From assembly GCF_009914755.1 (NCBI RefSeq), contig NC_060938.1: DNA of 64,000 nt, one strand, 5' to 3'. The first letter of the stretch is position 1. Each line of letters starts with the position of its first letter. The notes beneath the pieces were generated by a model. It did not search any database. It was given only the letters and a program-made list of their open reading frames with translations, and was not told the DNA's origin. Position numbers and translations under genes: made by a program. Positions 1 through 14,179 of the stretch are shown here, one piece after another. This stretch comes from the human T2T-CHM13v2.0 reference genome, Homo sapiens.

Positions 1-150
1 GCTCAGGCGGTAATGTGAGCAATGGGGAGTCGCTATAAATACAGATGAAGCTTCACTTGCTTACCTGCTGCTCACCTCCTGCTGTGCGACCCGGTTCCTA
101 ACAGGCCACTGAATGGTACCAGTCCATGGCCTGGGGACTGGGGACCCTTG
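1..150 (+). mobile_element. MER1B-like hAT-Charlie MITE, 3' part
   Basis: Resembles the MER1 end (...ctcacctcctgctgtgcgacccggttcctaacaggccac...ggggacccttg); cut by the window start. Confidence 0.8.
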
Positions 151-759
151 CACTATAGCATCCACAGTAGTCCAACCTGTGTGCTTCTTGGATTCACTTG
201 CTTCTTACAGTAAGTTTACTTTATGTGGAAACAGTCTCTCCAGGTTTCTGGTTGGTGTTGCTTCTTGGGTATACTTACAGAAGGAAAATAGGAAAAAAAA
301 TGGCAGTTCCTGCTGCAGCAGCTGGTCTCAAGGATCATATCTGATACTCATTGTCTTCCTCCTCTATTACCCATTCTAGATTCCTTTCACCCTTGGCTAG
401 CACCTCTGCTGGTCTAGGGAACTTAGTTGGTGGAATAATCTAAACTCTCAACCCTGTGGGGTATGAGCCCCTGGTCACCATGCACTTCTCAGGCCATCGC
501 TGCTGCATGTGTCCTTGTCCTTTTGCTGTCAAAACTGGGCAGGGGAATTCAAAAATACACCACTGCCCCTGCATCCTTTATGCCATTCTCTCCAGGATAT
601 GATCATGCTGTTGATTAATTGGCAGGTATGGAAACAGATTCAAAGGCTTCCACTTGGCCTTCCCACCTATAATAGCTCTTACTCCACAGAAGAATGAACC
701 AAAGTGAGAGTTCTAACTACCAAATACGTTCATTGCAAATGAGCATTCAAAGACTTGCA

Positions 760-1075
<316 letters not shown>

Positions 1076-2993
1076 AAAGACTGGCAAAATGACCACTAGC
1101 TAGGTCAGTCTCAGTGGTCCCAGAGTGAGCTAGTCAGGACCCCATTTCTTATCTAGTCCCAACACATTCCCCAGTAACAAAAGGGTTATTCAGGTATTTC
1201 AGATCTCAGTTATCAGTGTCAACACAAACCCCATGCCTAACTGTCATCAGAATGTCTGGGTATTCCGCATATCTGCTCTGCAACTACCTTAGTATTGATA
1301 TATGGTCTTAAGTCCCATTGGGGAAGAACTAGGGGAGTCGTTACTGTATGTACCAGCTGCAATGCTGCAGGGTCATTGCCCCTCATTTAACAAATGGACT
1401 TCAAAGTCTGAGAACTGGCTCATGTCTAGAAACTAGACAGGGGATCGTGGTTTTTTTTTTATTGGGGTGGTTACCCTGAGCTTCTTGGTCATTCATCCTT
1501 GATTTCTTCTGAGGGTATAAGTTAAGTAATATATTAGTCAGCTGCTCATCTATTGGGCCTCTGAGAGCACCATGTTCTGTTAACTGTCTCCTTAATTCTC
1601 TGACCACCCTGGTTGCCACTCTAACATAACTGTTCATTATAAGAACTGTGTTCACCTTGCTTTTGACAGCTAAGTGCTACCACCTAGCCTCTGCACTTTC
1701 AGGATATTATCAGCCCCATTCTACCATTGCCAGTTTTGTAATAAATTTCCTACCATGAGCCATGGCCTACAGAAGATGGCCATAATCTCTGAGAGTCTCA
1801 GCAATGCTAGCCTTCCATCTCACCAGCACATTCCTTATCACTTTGGCAAACAGAGCGCCCTCCAGGCCATCCCATAACACATTGTCTATTGGTGCTTATT
1901 TCTGGCCCTTTGGAGTATGGCTGCTGTGACATGTCCCTTTCTCTGTGCTTTTTGAACCTATCCTCCACCAACTGTCATGGACTTCTCACTTAATGTGGGC
2001 AATTGCTTTTTCCCAGATTCCCACAGCACACTAGTGAGGTCCTTGTCAGAAATTAAATCCTGTGTCCTAGGTGAGTGTTCCCATAGTGATACATTCTCCT
2101 TCATACAACTTTACCTTCCACCCTTCTTTATCCAGAATCTTCAGGATCCAATCCTATAATACCGTCCTGGCTTCTGCAAGTACATTTTTTCTAGGTTGCA
2201 AAGATCCTTAGCATATAGGCTTTCCTTTCTTATCGGCCCAGCACTTCCTCAGCCGGGTTATGTTGTGACTTGATCCTAGTTATTGATCTGGTGGTCAGGA
2301 GGGAAGCTGAGGTTAGACCCTGAGCAGAATTTGTGTGATCTGGCAAGCAGAGGCCTGCATCATCTTCAGTGTGGGGTGAGGGCGCACTGGCCATTAGTGG
2401 GGAGGAATGGTCTCCTGCAGGCCTACATGGTTCAGGCTGATCTGTTTTTAATGCTCTTGAGAACAATGGCCCAGGAAGTTCCAAGATCCCACTCCTCAAT
2501 CAATCTTAGTGTAGGAGACTTGGTGAGGTTCAGAAGTTAACCTTCTCAGGGACTTTTCCACCCTTAAAACTGAGTGCTGGTCCTGATCCTCAGCATTGTC
2601 TGCCCTCCAGCTGTAGGAAATGAGAAACTATATATGGCCAAGGAGACCCTCTGACTTTTACACTTTGCCTTTAGTTGGTGATTAATTACCCCTCTGTTTT
2701 TCATTGTCTTTCTTAGATATATTGATAATACCCAGCACCAATCAACTGGTTTCCATAGTCCTTATAAGTAATACTTTTCCTGTACCTCTCAAACACCTAA
2801 GATTTTGTACCAGTCAGTACATCCCCTTCCACTGACATCTTATCTTACTCACTACCTGTAAAAGTTCTAACAATTGCATGGATACAGCATGCCAGGGCCT
2901 ACCAGTACCTCACTTACCACCAGTTATGGTGTCCTTATTACCGGTTGGACAGTGGGTCACGCAGCCAATTAAAAGCCTCAAAATTCTATTCTA

Positions 2994-5043
2994 CAGGAAG
3001 TCCTAGCCGGAGCAATCAGGCAAGAGAAAGAAAGAAAGAGCATCCAAACTGGAAAATAGGAAGTCAAACTATTGCTGTTTGCCAATGATATGATCTTATA
3101 CCTAGAAAACCCTGAAGACTCTTCTAGAAGACTCCTGGATCCGATACATGAATTCAGTAAAGTCTCAGGTTACAAAATCAATGTACATAAATGAGTAACA
3201 CTGCTATACACCAATAATGACGAAGCTGATTATCAAATCAACTCAGTCCCTTCTACAACAGCTACAAAAAATAAAATAAAATACCTAGGAATGTAATTAA
3301 CCAAGGAAGTGAAAGATCTCTACAAGGAAAACTACAAAACACTGCTGAAAGAAATCATAGATGACACAAACAAATGGAAATACATCCCATGCTCATGAAT
3401 TGAAAGAATCAATATTGTGAAAATGACCATACTGCCTAAAGCAATCTCCAGATTCAATGCAATTCCTATCAAATACCAACCTCATTTTTCACAGAATTAG
3501 AAAAAAAAAATCCTAAAATTCACAGGCAACCAAAAAAGAATCTGAATAGCCAGAGCAATCCTAAGAAAAAAAAAATCCTGGGGGCATCATACTACTTGAC
3601 TTCAAATTATACTGCAAGCCTATAGGAAACAAAACAGCATGGTGCTGGTATAAAAGTAGATACATAGGCCAATGGAACAGAATAGAGAATCCACAAATAA
3701 AGACAAATACTTATAACTAACTAATCTTTGACAAAGCACAAAAACATAAGTTGGGGAAAGGACACCCTATTCAATAAATGCTGCTGGGAAAATTGGATCG
3801 CCACATGTAGAAGAATGAAACTAGATTCCTATCTCTCACCATATACAAAAATTAACTAAAAATGGACTAAAGACTTAAATATAAGACCTGAAGCCATAAA
3901 AATTTTTGAAGAAAACCTAGAAAAATATCTTCTGGCATTGGCCTAGCCGAATAATTTATGACTAAGACTCCAAAAGCAAGTGCAACAAAAACAAAAATAA
4001 ATAAATGATACCTAATTAAACTACAAAGCTTCTGCACAGCAAAAGAAGTAATCACCAAACTAAACAGACAACCTACATAATGGGAAAAATATTTGCAAAT
4101 TATGCATCCAACAAAGAACTCATATCCAGAATCTACAAGGAACTCAAACAAGTCAGCAAGAAAAAAAAATCCCATCAAAAAGTGGGCTAATGACATGAAT
4201 AGACATTTCTCAAAAGAAGATATACAAATGGCTAACAAACATATGACAAAATGCTCAACATCACTAATAATCAGAGGAATGTAAATTAAAACCACAATGA
4301 GATACCACCTTACCCCAGCCAGAATGGCCATTATTAAAAAGTCAGAAAACAATCGATGTTGGCATGGGTGTGATAAAAAGGGAACACTTATACACTACTG
4401 GTGAGAATGTAAATTAGTACAACCTCTATGGAGAACAGTATAGAAATTTCTCAAAGAAGTAAAAGTAGATCTGCCATTTGATTTAGCAATCCCACTACTG
4501 GGTGTCTACCCAAAGGAAAGTCAGTCACTATATAAAAAGACACCTGTGTGCATATGTTTATCATAGCACAATCACAATTGCAAAGATATGGAATCAACAT
4601 AAGTGCCCATCAATGGATAAAGAAAGAAAATGTGGTTATCTATCTATATACCTATCTACTCTGCCTATCATCTGTATACAATTGAATACTACTCATCCAT
4701 AAAAAAGAATGAAATAATGTCTTTTGTAGCAACTTGGATGAAACTGGAGGCCATTATTCTAAGTGAAGTAACTCAGGAATCAAAAACCAAATACCACATA
4801 TACTCACTTATAAGTGGGAGCTAAGTTATGGGTGTCCAAAGGTATGGAGTGATATAATGGGCATTGGAGACTCAGAAAGAGGGAGGTTGTGAGGGGGTTG
4901 TGGGGTGAATAATTACCTATCGGGTACAATGTACACTATTTGGATGCTGGGTGCACTAAAATCCCAGACTTAACCACTATACAAGTTATCCATGTAACCA
5001 AAACCCACTTGTACCCCTAACGCTATTAAAATACAATTTTTTT
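2994..5043 (+). mobile_element. 5'-truncated L1 (L1PB-like): 3' ORF2 and 3'UTR
   Basis: ORF2-like fragments ([38 protein letters not shown]; FVATWMKLEAIILSEVTQE), L1PB-type 3'UTR; TSD aaattctatt(c/t)ta at 2981-2993 and 5044-5056. Confidence 0.93.
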
Positions 5044-5072
5044 AAATTCTATTTTATGATCAGCATCCTAGG

Positions 5073-5088
5073 ACCATTCTTGGTGCCA
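5073..5088 (-). promoter_or_regulatory. Degenerate tRNA-Leu primer binding site of the ERVL element
   Basis: TGGCACCAAGAATGGT on minus strand, 2 nt after the LTR-terminal CA; resembles the tRNA-Leu PBS TGGTACCAGGAGTGG. Confidence 0.55.
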
Positions 5089-5090
5089 GC

Positions 5091-5404
5091 TGTCTTAGAT
5101 CAAGTTTCAGGAAATAGACTCTGAGACAAATAGTTGCTTGCAGGATGTTTATTGGAGAAATTATTGAAACAACACCTGTTAGAAAGTAAGGGAAGCAGGA
5201 TCGGGCAGAGGGAGAAGCTGAACTCCAATGTGCTTGCAATAGAGACATCAGCCAATCCCATAAAAAATGCTGGTGCTGGGACGGCACTTCTGAGTTATCC
5301 CAAACTGAGCCAAGGGGGCCATGTTTTTGTACCTCTGCACTAGATGTGGACTGGCCCTGGGGAGGGAGTGTGACATTGGGCAAGACAGCTTCCTTTGGCT
5401 AAAT
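5091..5404 (-). mobile_element. LTR16A-like 5' LTR (its 5' part is missing)
   Basis: Minus strand ends ...CCAATAAACATCCTGCAAGCAACTATTTGTCTCAGAGTCTATTTCCTGAAACTTGATCTAAGACA, followed by the PBS. Confidence 0.75.
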
Positions 5405-5570
5405 CAGGGTTTCTCCACAAAATACTATTGACATTTTGGACCAGACAGTTCTTTCTTGGAGGAAGGAGGCTGTCCTGTGCATTATAGGACATATATCAGC
5501 ATCTCAGCCTCCACCTACTACATTTCAGTAGCATTCCCCCTTGATAATCAAAATATCTCCAGATATCGCC

Positions 5571-5571
<1 letters not shown>
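5405..5571 (-). mobile_element. MER20 (hAT-Charlie), truncated
   Basis: cagggtttctc...tattgacattttggaccaga...ggctgtcctgtgcattatagga matches MER20 reverse complement. Confidence 0.8.

Positions 5572-5572
<1 letters not shown>

Positions 5573-5620
<48 letters not shown>
5573..5620. repeat. (GT)24 microsatellite
   Basis: Perfect dinucleotide run. Confidence 0.98.
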
Positions 5621-5622
<2 letters not shown>

Positions 5623-5624
5623 CC

Positions 5625-5807
5625 TTGCCAAGTGAGGACACATAAAGAAGTGTCCCTCTGCAAGTTAGGAAGAGGGCCCTCACCAGAATCAGCCACCACC
5701 TTGATCTTGGACTTCGCAGTCTTCAGAATTGTGAGGCATACATTTCTGTTGTTTAAGCCACCCAGGCTGTGGTATTTTTGTTGTAGCAGCCCAAATTGAC
5801 TAAGGCA
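5625..5807 (+). mobile_element. MLT1A/B-like MaLR LTR, 3' half
   Basis: accttgatcttggacttc...gtttaagccaccca...gcagcccaaattgactaaggca, typical MLT1 3' end. Confidence 0.8.
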
Positions 5808-5809
5808 GA

Positions 5810-6575
5810 CCTTCATCATTTTTCACCTTGATAATTGAAATAGCTGACACTCTCTACAGCTTCAGGAGACCACTCCCCATACATCTTCCTTATGTTCTCA
5901 GAGTATCTTTCATAAATGCAGGCATGAGCATGTCACTGCTGAACTAAACACCTCTCACCTGAAGTAACATTTTCCAAAGTGGGGTCTGCATCTAGTATGC
6001 TTTTCAAAAATGCTGATTCCAAGGCCTAACTCATCAGGCTCAAAGTCTCTGGGTGTATGGCACTTAAAAATTACAGTTAGACAACCTAAATTCCTTTTTA
6101 TTCTAAGTGCAGACTCCTTTTCATGGCACAGGGTGCCCTTCAGAAACTGAAATCTCAGCCTATCTTCTTGACTTCATCTCCACCATTGACTCTCCTGTTT
6201 GTACTAAAAGCTGCGCCCAGCTGAACTACTTGTGTTTTGTTGAAACATGCCACGCATGTCCCAATATCTGTACCTCTTCACACATTTCTGCCTTCTTTTC
6301 CTCTAACTGCTAAAATTCCTGTGTGTTTTAAAACTCAGCTTCTCCTTGAAGCCTTCCATGATTATGTTCTTCACCAGTGTCTTCCTTTCCTTGGGGCTTC
6401 CATAGCACTCACCCTGTTATTCTGCATGTTATTCTGTTCCGGCCCTCACCCCTGGGCTATTCCCCTGTAGATAGCTGCCTCTCTCCTGGAATGGCGGCCT
6501 TCTGAGAGCACAGCCTGGGTCTTTATTCTAGCACGTTAGTCACTCAATAAACACTGACTGAGGGAATGAATGAGC
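5810..6575 (+). mobile_element. L2 relic (with a possible MER5 fragment)
   Basis: L2-type 3' end cactcaataaacactgactgagggaatgaatga at ~6540-6573. Confidence 0.5.
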
Positions 6576-6596
6576 ATTGTGATACTCACTCTGGGT

Positions 6597-6920
6597 CAGT
6601 ACTGCCTAATCGAAGTATAATGTGAAACACTTATGTAATTTTAGATTTTCTGGCAGCCACAATAAAAAGAGAAAGAGAAACAAGTGAAATTAATTCTAAT
6701 CATGTTTTTATTTAACCCAATCTATCCAAAATATTATCATTACAACACGCAACTCATACAAAAAAGTATTGATATATTTTACATTATCTTTTCCTACTAA
6801 GTCTTTAGAATTCTAGTATGCTTTCATACTGAACACATTTCAAACCAGACTGGCCATAATTCACATGCTCAGTAGCCACATGTGGCTAGCGAGTACCATA
6901 CTGGAATCACTAAACAGCAT
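6597..6920 (+). mobile_element. MER33 (hAT-Charlie)
   Basis: tatgtaattttagattttctggcagccac...tttaacccaatctatccaaaatattatcatt...gtagccacatgtggctag. Confidence 0.85.
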
Positions 6921-8779
6921 GATTCTATACTAGAGAGAATGCTATTGAGATATATGTGAGAGCTTTTGCCTATAAAGTAAGCAGTAGTCTAGTCCAGGGT
7001 TCATACTTGGTGGTTACATGGCACTTGAGTGGTTTTTACCAAGACCATGTTAACCTTGGTCTCCTTTGTGTGCTGCATGTAGATGCGAGAGCAGGTCTGA
7101 CTGAGAGAGTCCTGCGTGTGAGCTATGCACGGCCTACAGAAAGTCAGCAGGACTGTCAGCAGCTAACAAACCTACTTCTCAACCAGGCAGTTGGAGCTGA
7201 AATGCACAAACAAACTACCTCTTTAGGGAACATTAAAGGCATTAAATGAGAATGCGACATTCTTTGGCACGCAAAGCCGCACCCTTCAAAGCCATCATCA
7301 CTGAGGTTCTACTTAGCGAAAGAAAAAGCCACAGAAATGTAAATACAGATCATTTGTAGATGCCTTGGTAGAGGTGTATCCATGCCCTCTAGGGACATCA
7401 TTCCATCTAAGGGAGGAGATAAAGAACATTTCTTAAGCAGGAAACTTAGAACCATTTCAAGATGTGAACTGTTTGTCTTGCTCAGGCCTGTCTGCTGGCT
7501 CCATCTAACTCAGACAGCAGTGAGTGTTTGCTGGGCCCAACCTCTACTCTCTTGGAGTCAGAACTAAAAAAAGAAAGTGATTCTCCAACTCCCAGCCCCA
7601 CACTCGGTGACCTCAACTGAGAAGCCTGGTGCCAACTGGCACCAAGCATAGGGTGGAACTGAGAGATGACTTGGCATTCTCAGCCTGGCACCCTCTTGGT
7701 GGGCAGGAACCCAAAGCAGCCTTTCCTTCTGCTTCTGCTCCCTTAGAGCAAGAGGCCTCAGTTTCAGTCAAAACAGTCAGATACACAAATTAGCATCAGA
7801 ACCAAAATGGTTTCCTGGGAAACTAATGACAAAAATTCCAGTTTTAAAACATTTTCTTTGCATCCTAGAGAGAGAAGCCATGTTTTTCACAAGGACAAAA
7901 GTCCTGTGCCAAAGAACTCCATCTCATATAAAGAAGTGTCATTGACCAAAGACTCTGGAATAGATGAAAAGTGCTATTTGAGGCTTTCAGCACATGCTTT
8001 ATGTATTTTTCTATACCTTGTTCCCATATAATCCTGACCCATTCACTCATGCCTGTTTTTACAGAAGTGACACATTTCCTCATTAATTTCTTTTCCCAGC
8101 TGTCCTTTGTCCTATAAGAAGTTGAGCTTTTTAGCATGAAGCAGCTGGAGAACAAGTCAGAGATTTTTAAAAATTATTGGTAGAGAAGACTTAGAATATC
8201 ATACCTCTACCCATCAAAACCTATCCCTTGGAAATTATCTAAGAAAATAATTCGCATTCCAATGATAATAATATACATTTGTAGAGTGGTTCATAGTTTA
8301 CAAAATGCCTTCACATATATTTCCTCAATTCAACTTCTCAATAGTTTGAGTAGAAATACAAGGTCTAATCTTTATGTTCTGTCTCCTAGGAGCATTCATT
8401 CAACTGACAAACACATACTGAGAGCCTTCTCTGTGCCTGGCCTTGAGAAATGCACTGGGGAACAGAGCCATCTGACATCCTCCCTTCTGGGATGAGCTGA
8501 GTCTTGGGAAAATAGAAAGCAATTAAAATTCATTAAAATTCAGAGGTATATACAACATGCTGCAGGAACAAATAAGAAGGGCCCTCAATGCAGCATTTTA
8601 ATATTGAGTAATCTCTTAATCTGAAGAAATTAAACTCCTTAAGGATGGAATTTCTGGTATCCTAAAAAACCAATAAGGGAGGTATTGGCAGGGAAGCCTT
8701 CCCAAGGCCCTCTAAATCACACAACACTGGCAGTGTCTTACCTGAGGGTATAACAATGGTATGTGTATAATATGTGCAT

Positions 8780-11097
8780 CAGGCACACCCCCTTTTATTG
8801 TGCTTCACTTTATTGCATGTCACAGATATTGTGGTTTTTACAAATTGAAGGTTGTGGCAACCTTGCATCCAGAAAGTCTACTGGTGCCATTTTTCTAGTA
8901 GCATGTGCTCACTTCCAGTCTCTGTGTCCACTTTGGTAATTCTGTTAATATGTCAAACTTTTTCATTATTACATCTGTTATGGTGGTCTATGATCAGTGA
9001 TCTTTGATGTTACTATTGTAGTTGTTTTGGGGCACCATGAACTGTGCCCATATAAAATGGCATTCTGACTGCCCCATCGACCAGCCTTTCCACATCTCTC
9101 TCCTTCTCCTCAGGCATCCCTATTCCCTGGGACACAATATTGAAATTAGGCTGACTAATAACCCCTACAATGGCCTCTTAGTATTCAAGTATTCTCACTT
9201 TAAATCAGAAGTTAGGAATTATTAAGCTTAATGAGGAAAACATGTTGAAAGCTGAGACAGGCCAAAAGCTAGTCCTCTTGTACCAAACAGCCAAGTTGTG
9301 AATGCAAAGGAAAAGTTCTTGAAGGAAATTAAAAGTGTTACTCCAGTGAACACATGAATTATAAGAAAGTGAAACAGCCTTATTGCTGATATGGAGAATG
9401 TTTCAGTGGTCTGGATAGAAGATCATACCAGCCACAATATTCATTTAAACCAAATCTTAATCAACAGCAAGGCCCTAATTCTCTTTAATTCTATGAAGGT
9501 GGAGAGATGTTAGGAAGCTGCAGAAGAAAGTTGGAAGCTAGCGGAGTTTAGTTCAGGAAGTTTAAAGAAAGAAGCCATCTCTATAACATTAAAGTACAAG
9601 GTGAAGCAGCAAGAGCTGATGGAGAAGCTATAGGAAGTTATCCAGAAGATCTAGCTAGGATCACTGAGGGAGATGGCCACACTAAACAACAGATTTTCCA
9701 TGTAGACAAAACAGCCTTATATCGGAATAAGATGCCATCTAGAATTTTTATCACTAGAGAGAAGTCAGTGCCTGGCTTCCAAGCTTCAAAGGACAGGCTG
9801 ACACTCTTATGAGGGGCTAATGCAGCTGGTGACTTTAAGTTAAAGCCAATGTTTCATCATTATGGAAATTGTAGCACTCTTAAGAATTATGCTAAATCTA
9901 CTCTGCCTACGCTCTATAAATGGAATAACAAAGCCTGGGTGATAGCACGTCTATTTACAGTATGGTTTACTGAATATTTTAAGCCTACTCTTGAGACCTA
10001 TTGCTCAGAAAAAAAAAGATTACCTTCAAAATATTACTGCTCTTTGACATGGTACTTTGTCATTCAAGAGCTCTGGTGGAAATGTACAAGAAGATGAATG
10101 CTGTTTTCATGCCTGCTAACACAACATTTATTCTGCAGCCCATGGATTGAGCAGTAATTTTGACCTCAAGTCTTATTATTTAAGATAGGGATATTACTGC
10201 CATAGATAATGATTCCTCTGATGGATCTGGGCAAAGTCAATTGAAAACCTTCTGGATAGGATCCACCATTCTAGATGCCGTTAACATTCAAGATTCATGG
10301 GAGGAGGTCAAAATATCAACATTGACAGTTTTGAAGAAGTTGATTACAACTCTCATGGATGATTTTTTTTGGGTTCAATATTTCAGTGGAGGAAGTCACT
10401 GCAAATGTCATGGAAATTGCAAAAGATCTATAATTAGAAGTGGAGCCTGAAGTTATACAATCCCATGACAAAACTTGAACAAATGAGTGGTTGCTTCTTA
10501 TGGATGAGCAAAGAAAGTGGTTTCTTGGGATGGAATCTATTCCTGGTGAAGATGCTGTGAACCTTACTGAAATTACCACAAAGGATTTAGAATATTCTAT
10601 AAACTTAATTGATAAAGCAATGGCAGGGTTTTAGAGGAGTGACTCCAATTTTGAAAGAAGTTCTACCGTGGGGGAAAATGCTATCAAACAGTATCACATG
10701 CTATAGAGAAATCTTTGTGAAAGGAAGAGCCAATCAATGCAGCAAACTTCATTGTTGTCTTATTTTAAGGAATTGCCACAACCACCCCAACCTTTAGCAA
10801 CCACAACCCTGATCAGTCAGCAGCCATCAACATCAAGGCAAGATCCTCCATCAGCAAAAAGATTACAACTTGCTGAAGACTCAGATGATCATCAGCATTT
10901 TTTAACAGTAAAGTATTTTTAAAGTATGTACTTTTTTTAGACCTAATGCTACTGCATGCTTAATAGACTATAGTATAGTATAAACATACCTTTAGGTTCA
11001 CTGGGAAATGAAAGCATTTATGTAACTCACTTTATTGCAATATTAGCTTTATTGTGGTGGTCTGGAAATGAACTGCAATATCTCCAAGTTATGTGTG
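8780..11097 (+). mobile_element. Tigger1 (TcMar-Tigger), near full length, transposase disrupted
   Basis: Both degenerate termini (caggcacacc... / ...tctccaagttatgtgtg+ta); transposase fragment [45 protein letters not shown] (9849-10097); many stops and frameshifts. Confidence 0.92.
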
Positions 11098-11251
11098 TAT
11101 TGTATATTAGAGTTACAGTATGAAACTAAAGTATGTTCAGTAGTCATAACTTTAGGTATGACTCTAAACTAATAGGCTTGATTTTTTTCATAATATATTA
11201 GGATCTATACGCTCTCCAAATGAGCATTGGACTCCAGTGTAGAGCAAGTAC

Positions 11252-11556
11252 TTTTTTTTTTCTTTTTTTCTTTTTTTTTTTTCTGAGACGGAGTCTCTGT
11301 CGCCCAGGATGTAGTGCAGTGGCACGGTCTCGAGTTACTGCAACTCCACCTCCCAGGTTCAAGTGATTCTCCCTCAGCCTCCTGACTAGCTGGGATTACA
11401 GGCACTTGCCACCACACCCAGCTAATTTTTGTATTTTTAATAGAGACGGGGTTTCACCATGTAGGTCAGGCTGGTCTCGAACTCCTGACCTCATGATCTG
11501 CCCGCCTCAACCTCCCAAAGTGGTGGGATTTTAGGCGTGAGTCACTGCGCCCGGCC
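11252..11556 (-). mobile_element. AluS (Sg-like)
   Basis: Poly-T then reverse-complement Alu; TSD agcaa(g/c)tactt. Confidence 0.95.
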
Positions 11557-12269
11557 CAGCAACTACTTCTGAATGTAGATATTGCTTAAAACATTTTATA
11601 ATACCCTTTTATTGGCATTCTCTTCAGAGTCTGGAGGTAGTCTTTCTCCTATTCTTTTTCTCTTGTTTTTTTAATTGCAAGAGTAATGCACATACATACT
11701 CATGTAAACAATTTATTATTACACAGATATATAATTTTAAAAATGAAAGTCTCACAATCATCTCCCCAAAAACAACAGTGTGTAATATGTCCTTTCATGG
11801 TTTAAACATGTCTGTGTTTACACATATTTTTTAGGGCAGAGTGGGACCACATTGCACAACTTCCTTAAGAGATATATAGCTCAATGCTTATCTTAAATAT
11901 AGATATCTTTCTGTGTTGGTAAAGACATAATATTCTCTTAGATGACTATATATAGTCAGTCAATATATAAATGCACTATAATTTATTTAAGCAGTCTTCT
12001 ACTGATGAACACTAGGTTTTTATAATTTTTCACTCTTATGAACAAAACTGTGATTAAAATCCTTATACATATTGATTTGGACATTAGTTTGAGTATTTCT
12101 AGAAAATAAATGTCTAGGACAAATTCCTAGCATATTCTTTATAGATCCTCAATGTAAAGCAAAGCTTTAAATTTAAGACTAGTAAGTCATTTAAAAGTAT
12201 TTTTGGTCAAAACAAAACTTGACAGTAAGTGGGGTGACTAGGGACTAGGCATATTGAGCAGCTAAGTTG

Positions 12270-12470
12270 CCTATACCTATCATGCTGCTAGAAACTAGCA
12301 TTATCTCATTACTCCTGGAAATTCTGACAATTGTGGCATTACTGTTCCCATTTTAGAAATGAAGAAATTGAGACAGTGAGAGGCTAAGCTTTTCCAAGGT
12401 TATGCAGTTAGCAAATGGCAGAGCAAAGATTGGACGTAGGTCTTTCCAATTCTTTTGACTATAGCACCTG
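12270..12470 (-). mobile_element. MIR
   Basis: Core cccattttagaaatgaagaaattgagacagtgagaggctaag. Confidence 0.65.
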
Positions 12471-14179
12471 CCTCTCAGTAGTATAAAACCATGTTCCTGG
12501 TTTCTTGGTTTAAATTCCAACTGTCTCTAAAGAAACTATCAAAAGTGTTTTAGTCAATTTCAGAAATGCTGAAATAAATGTAATCTTTCCAAATCTATAT
12601 ATAAAAAATACTTTGCATTTGAATACATAAATTTTGCTATGTTAATTATAAAATGTCTTATAGTTTAGTCACGTCATCTCCCTTTTCTTACTGAATAACA
12701 GTGCTGTACTATAAAAAAACAGTGCCCCCAAATACATACATTTCTTTATTCTAAAATGTTTCAGGTCTGGATTTATACAAATTCTATTGTTCAAAATGGA
12801 TAGTAAAGAAGCAAACTCATTATGAAGTCAATTTGGCTGCCAGCTTCATTGTATTTAGAACTAACCCATCATCTGAGAGTCTGTTCCTTGCTGTTTAATT
12901 ACCTCTTTGCTTTCAAGCCCCTTTTGAAAATTCACCAGTTCTATAGTATTTTTTAGTTTCTCTCTAGGAACAGGCTCCTCTGGAAACAAAGTACAGATAC
13001 CGTGAGAAAAGGTGGGTTAAAAAAAGTAGGGAAACTAGGAGGCTGAAAGAACAATATTCAAATGCTACTCTTCAGAATGGTTGTGTTTCAGTTGCTTCAT
13101 CTTGGATTGTCAACTCACAAGGCAATACTAATGTTTTCCAATGAAATGGTTTAATTGTATATGATGTGCTCATTAGCACTGAGTTCCCCCTTTGTCCTAG
13201 TGTCTTTCCTGGTACCTCATGTGCTCCCATAGCACGCCCTGTATGCACTCATCACATCATTGACCACAGTTTCCCATCCTCCTTCCTCATTAGACTGAGA
13301 GTTTCTGGATAACATAAACCACGTTTCTGTTATCATTACGTTCTTAGTTCATAGCACAGCATCCAGCTCCTGATAGTTGCTCATTTCATTTGTTGCTCAA
13401 AAAAATGTCAGAAAATTTAAGGGCAGCTTTCCCCAGATGTGGTCTCTGTTTCTGCCTTTCACCAATATTAACACAAAGCTCAACACACTTTACATTCCCC
13501 CAAAAACAATTCATTCACACCATGACTATTAGTGAGCAATGTGGATTTTGCTGAAGATCTTGTAGGCATATTAGGGGAGGGTGAGCCATGTAAAACTCTA
13601 GATCTGACATATTTGTTTCCTGCAGTTGTTTTTCCCCATTGTGCTTCCACCTCACAGGCTTCCTCCTTCTACTAGACAGAACAACTCACTGCTTTCCCAA
13701 ACTCTTCCTCCAAACTCACATACCCATGCCTAGCAGAGCCCATGGTAGACACATGCCTTTAGAAGTGGTGGATGGCTGTGTTACAAAAACAAAAAAACAA
13801 AAAAACATTTTTTCCCTATTACATCAGCATTTGCAGCTATTAATACTTAGATTTTCCAAACAGTTTTATGGTATCTAATGTAAGCAAAATCATGCCTCTT
13901 CCAGGCACACCATTTTGAAAGTCACCCTCCACCTCTCCAATCCAAAGAGGAAGGAGTCATTTCTAGCTAATGACCTTCCTCTTATGACAAGTGAGGTCCT
14001 TCCTGCTGGGCCCTCAGCTTGTGTTCACCTCTGCTACCCCCAGTGCTTCGTGGTTCCTGGTCTCCAGGGAAGAAGGCCTTCTCACTGGGGCCCTGAGCTC
14101 ACCATGCCAGCAGAGGCAGAAACCTCTCACCTTACGACTGGTGTTTCCCTCTCTGTGACCTCTAGGAAATCTTCTTTTC

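Noticed and set aside
3867-4352. 161-aa hydrophobic ORF resembling a membrane protein
   Set aside because: Antisense reading of A-rich L1 ORF2; a common artefact
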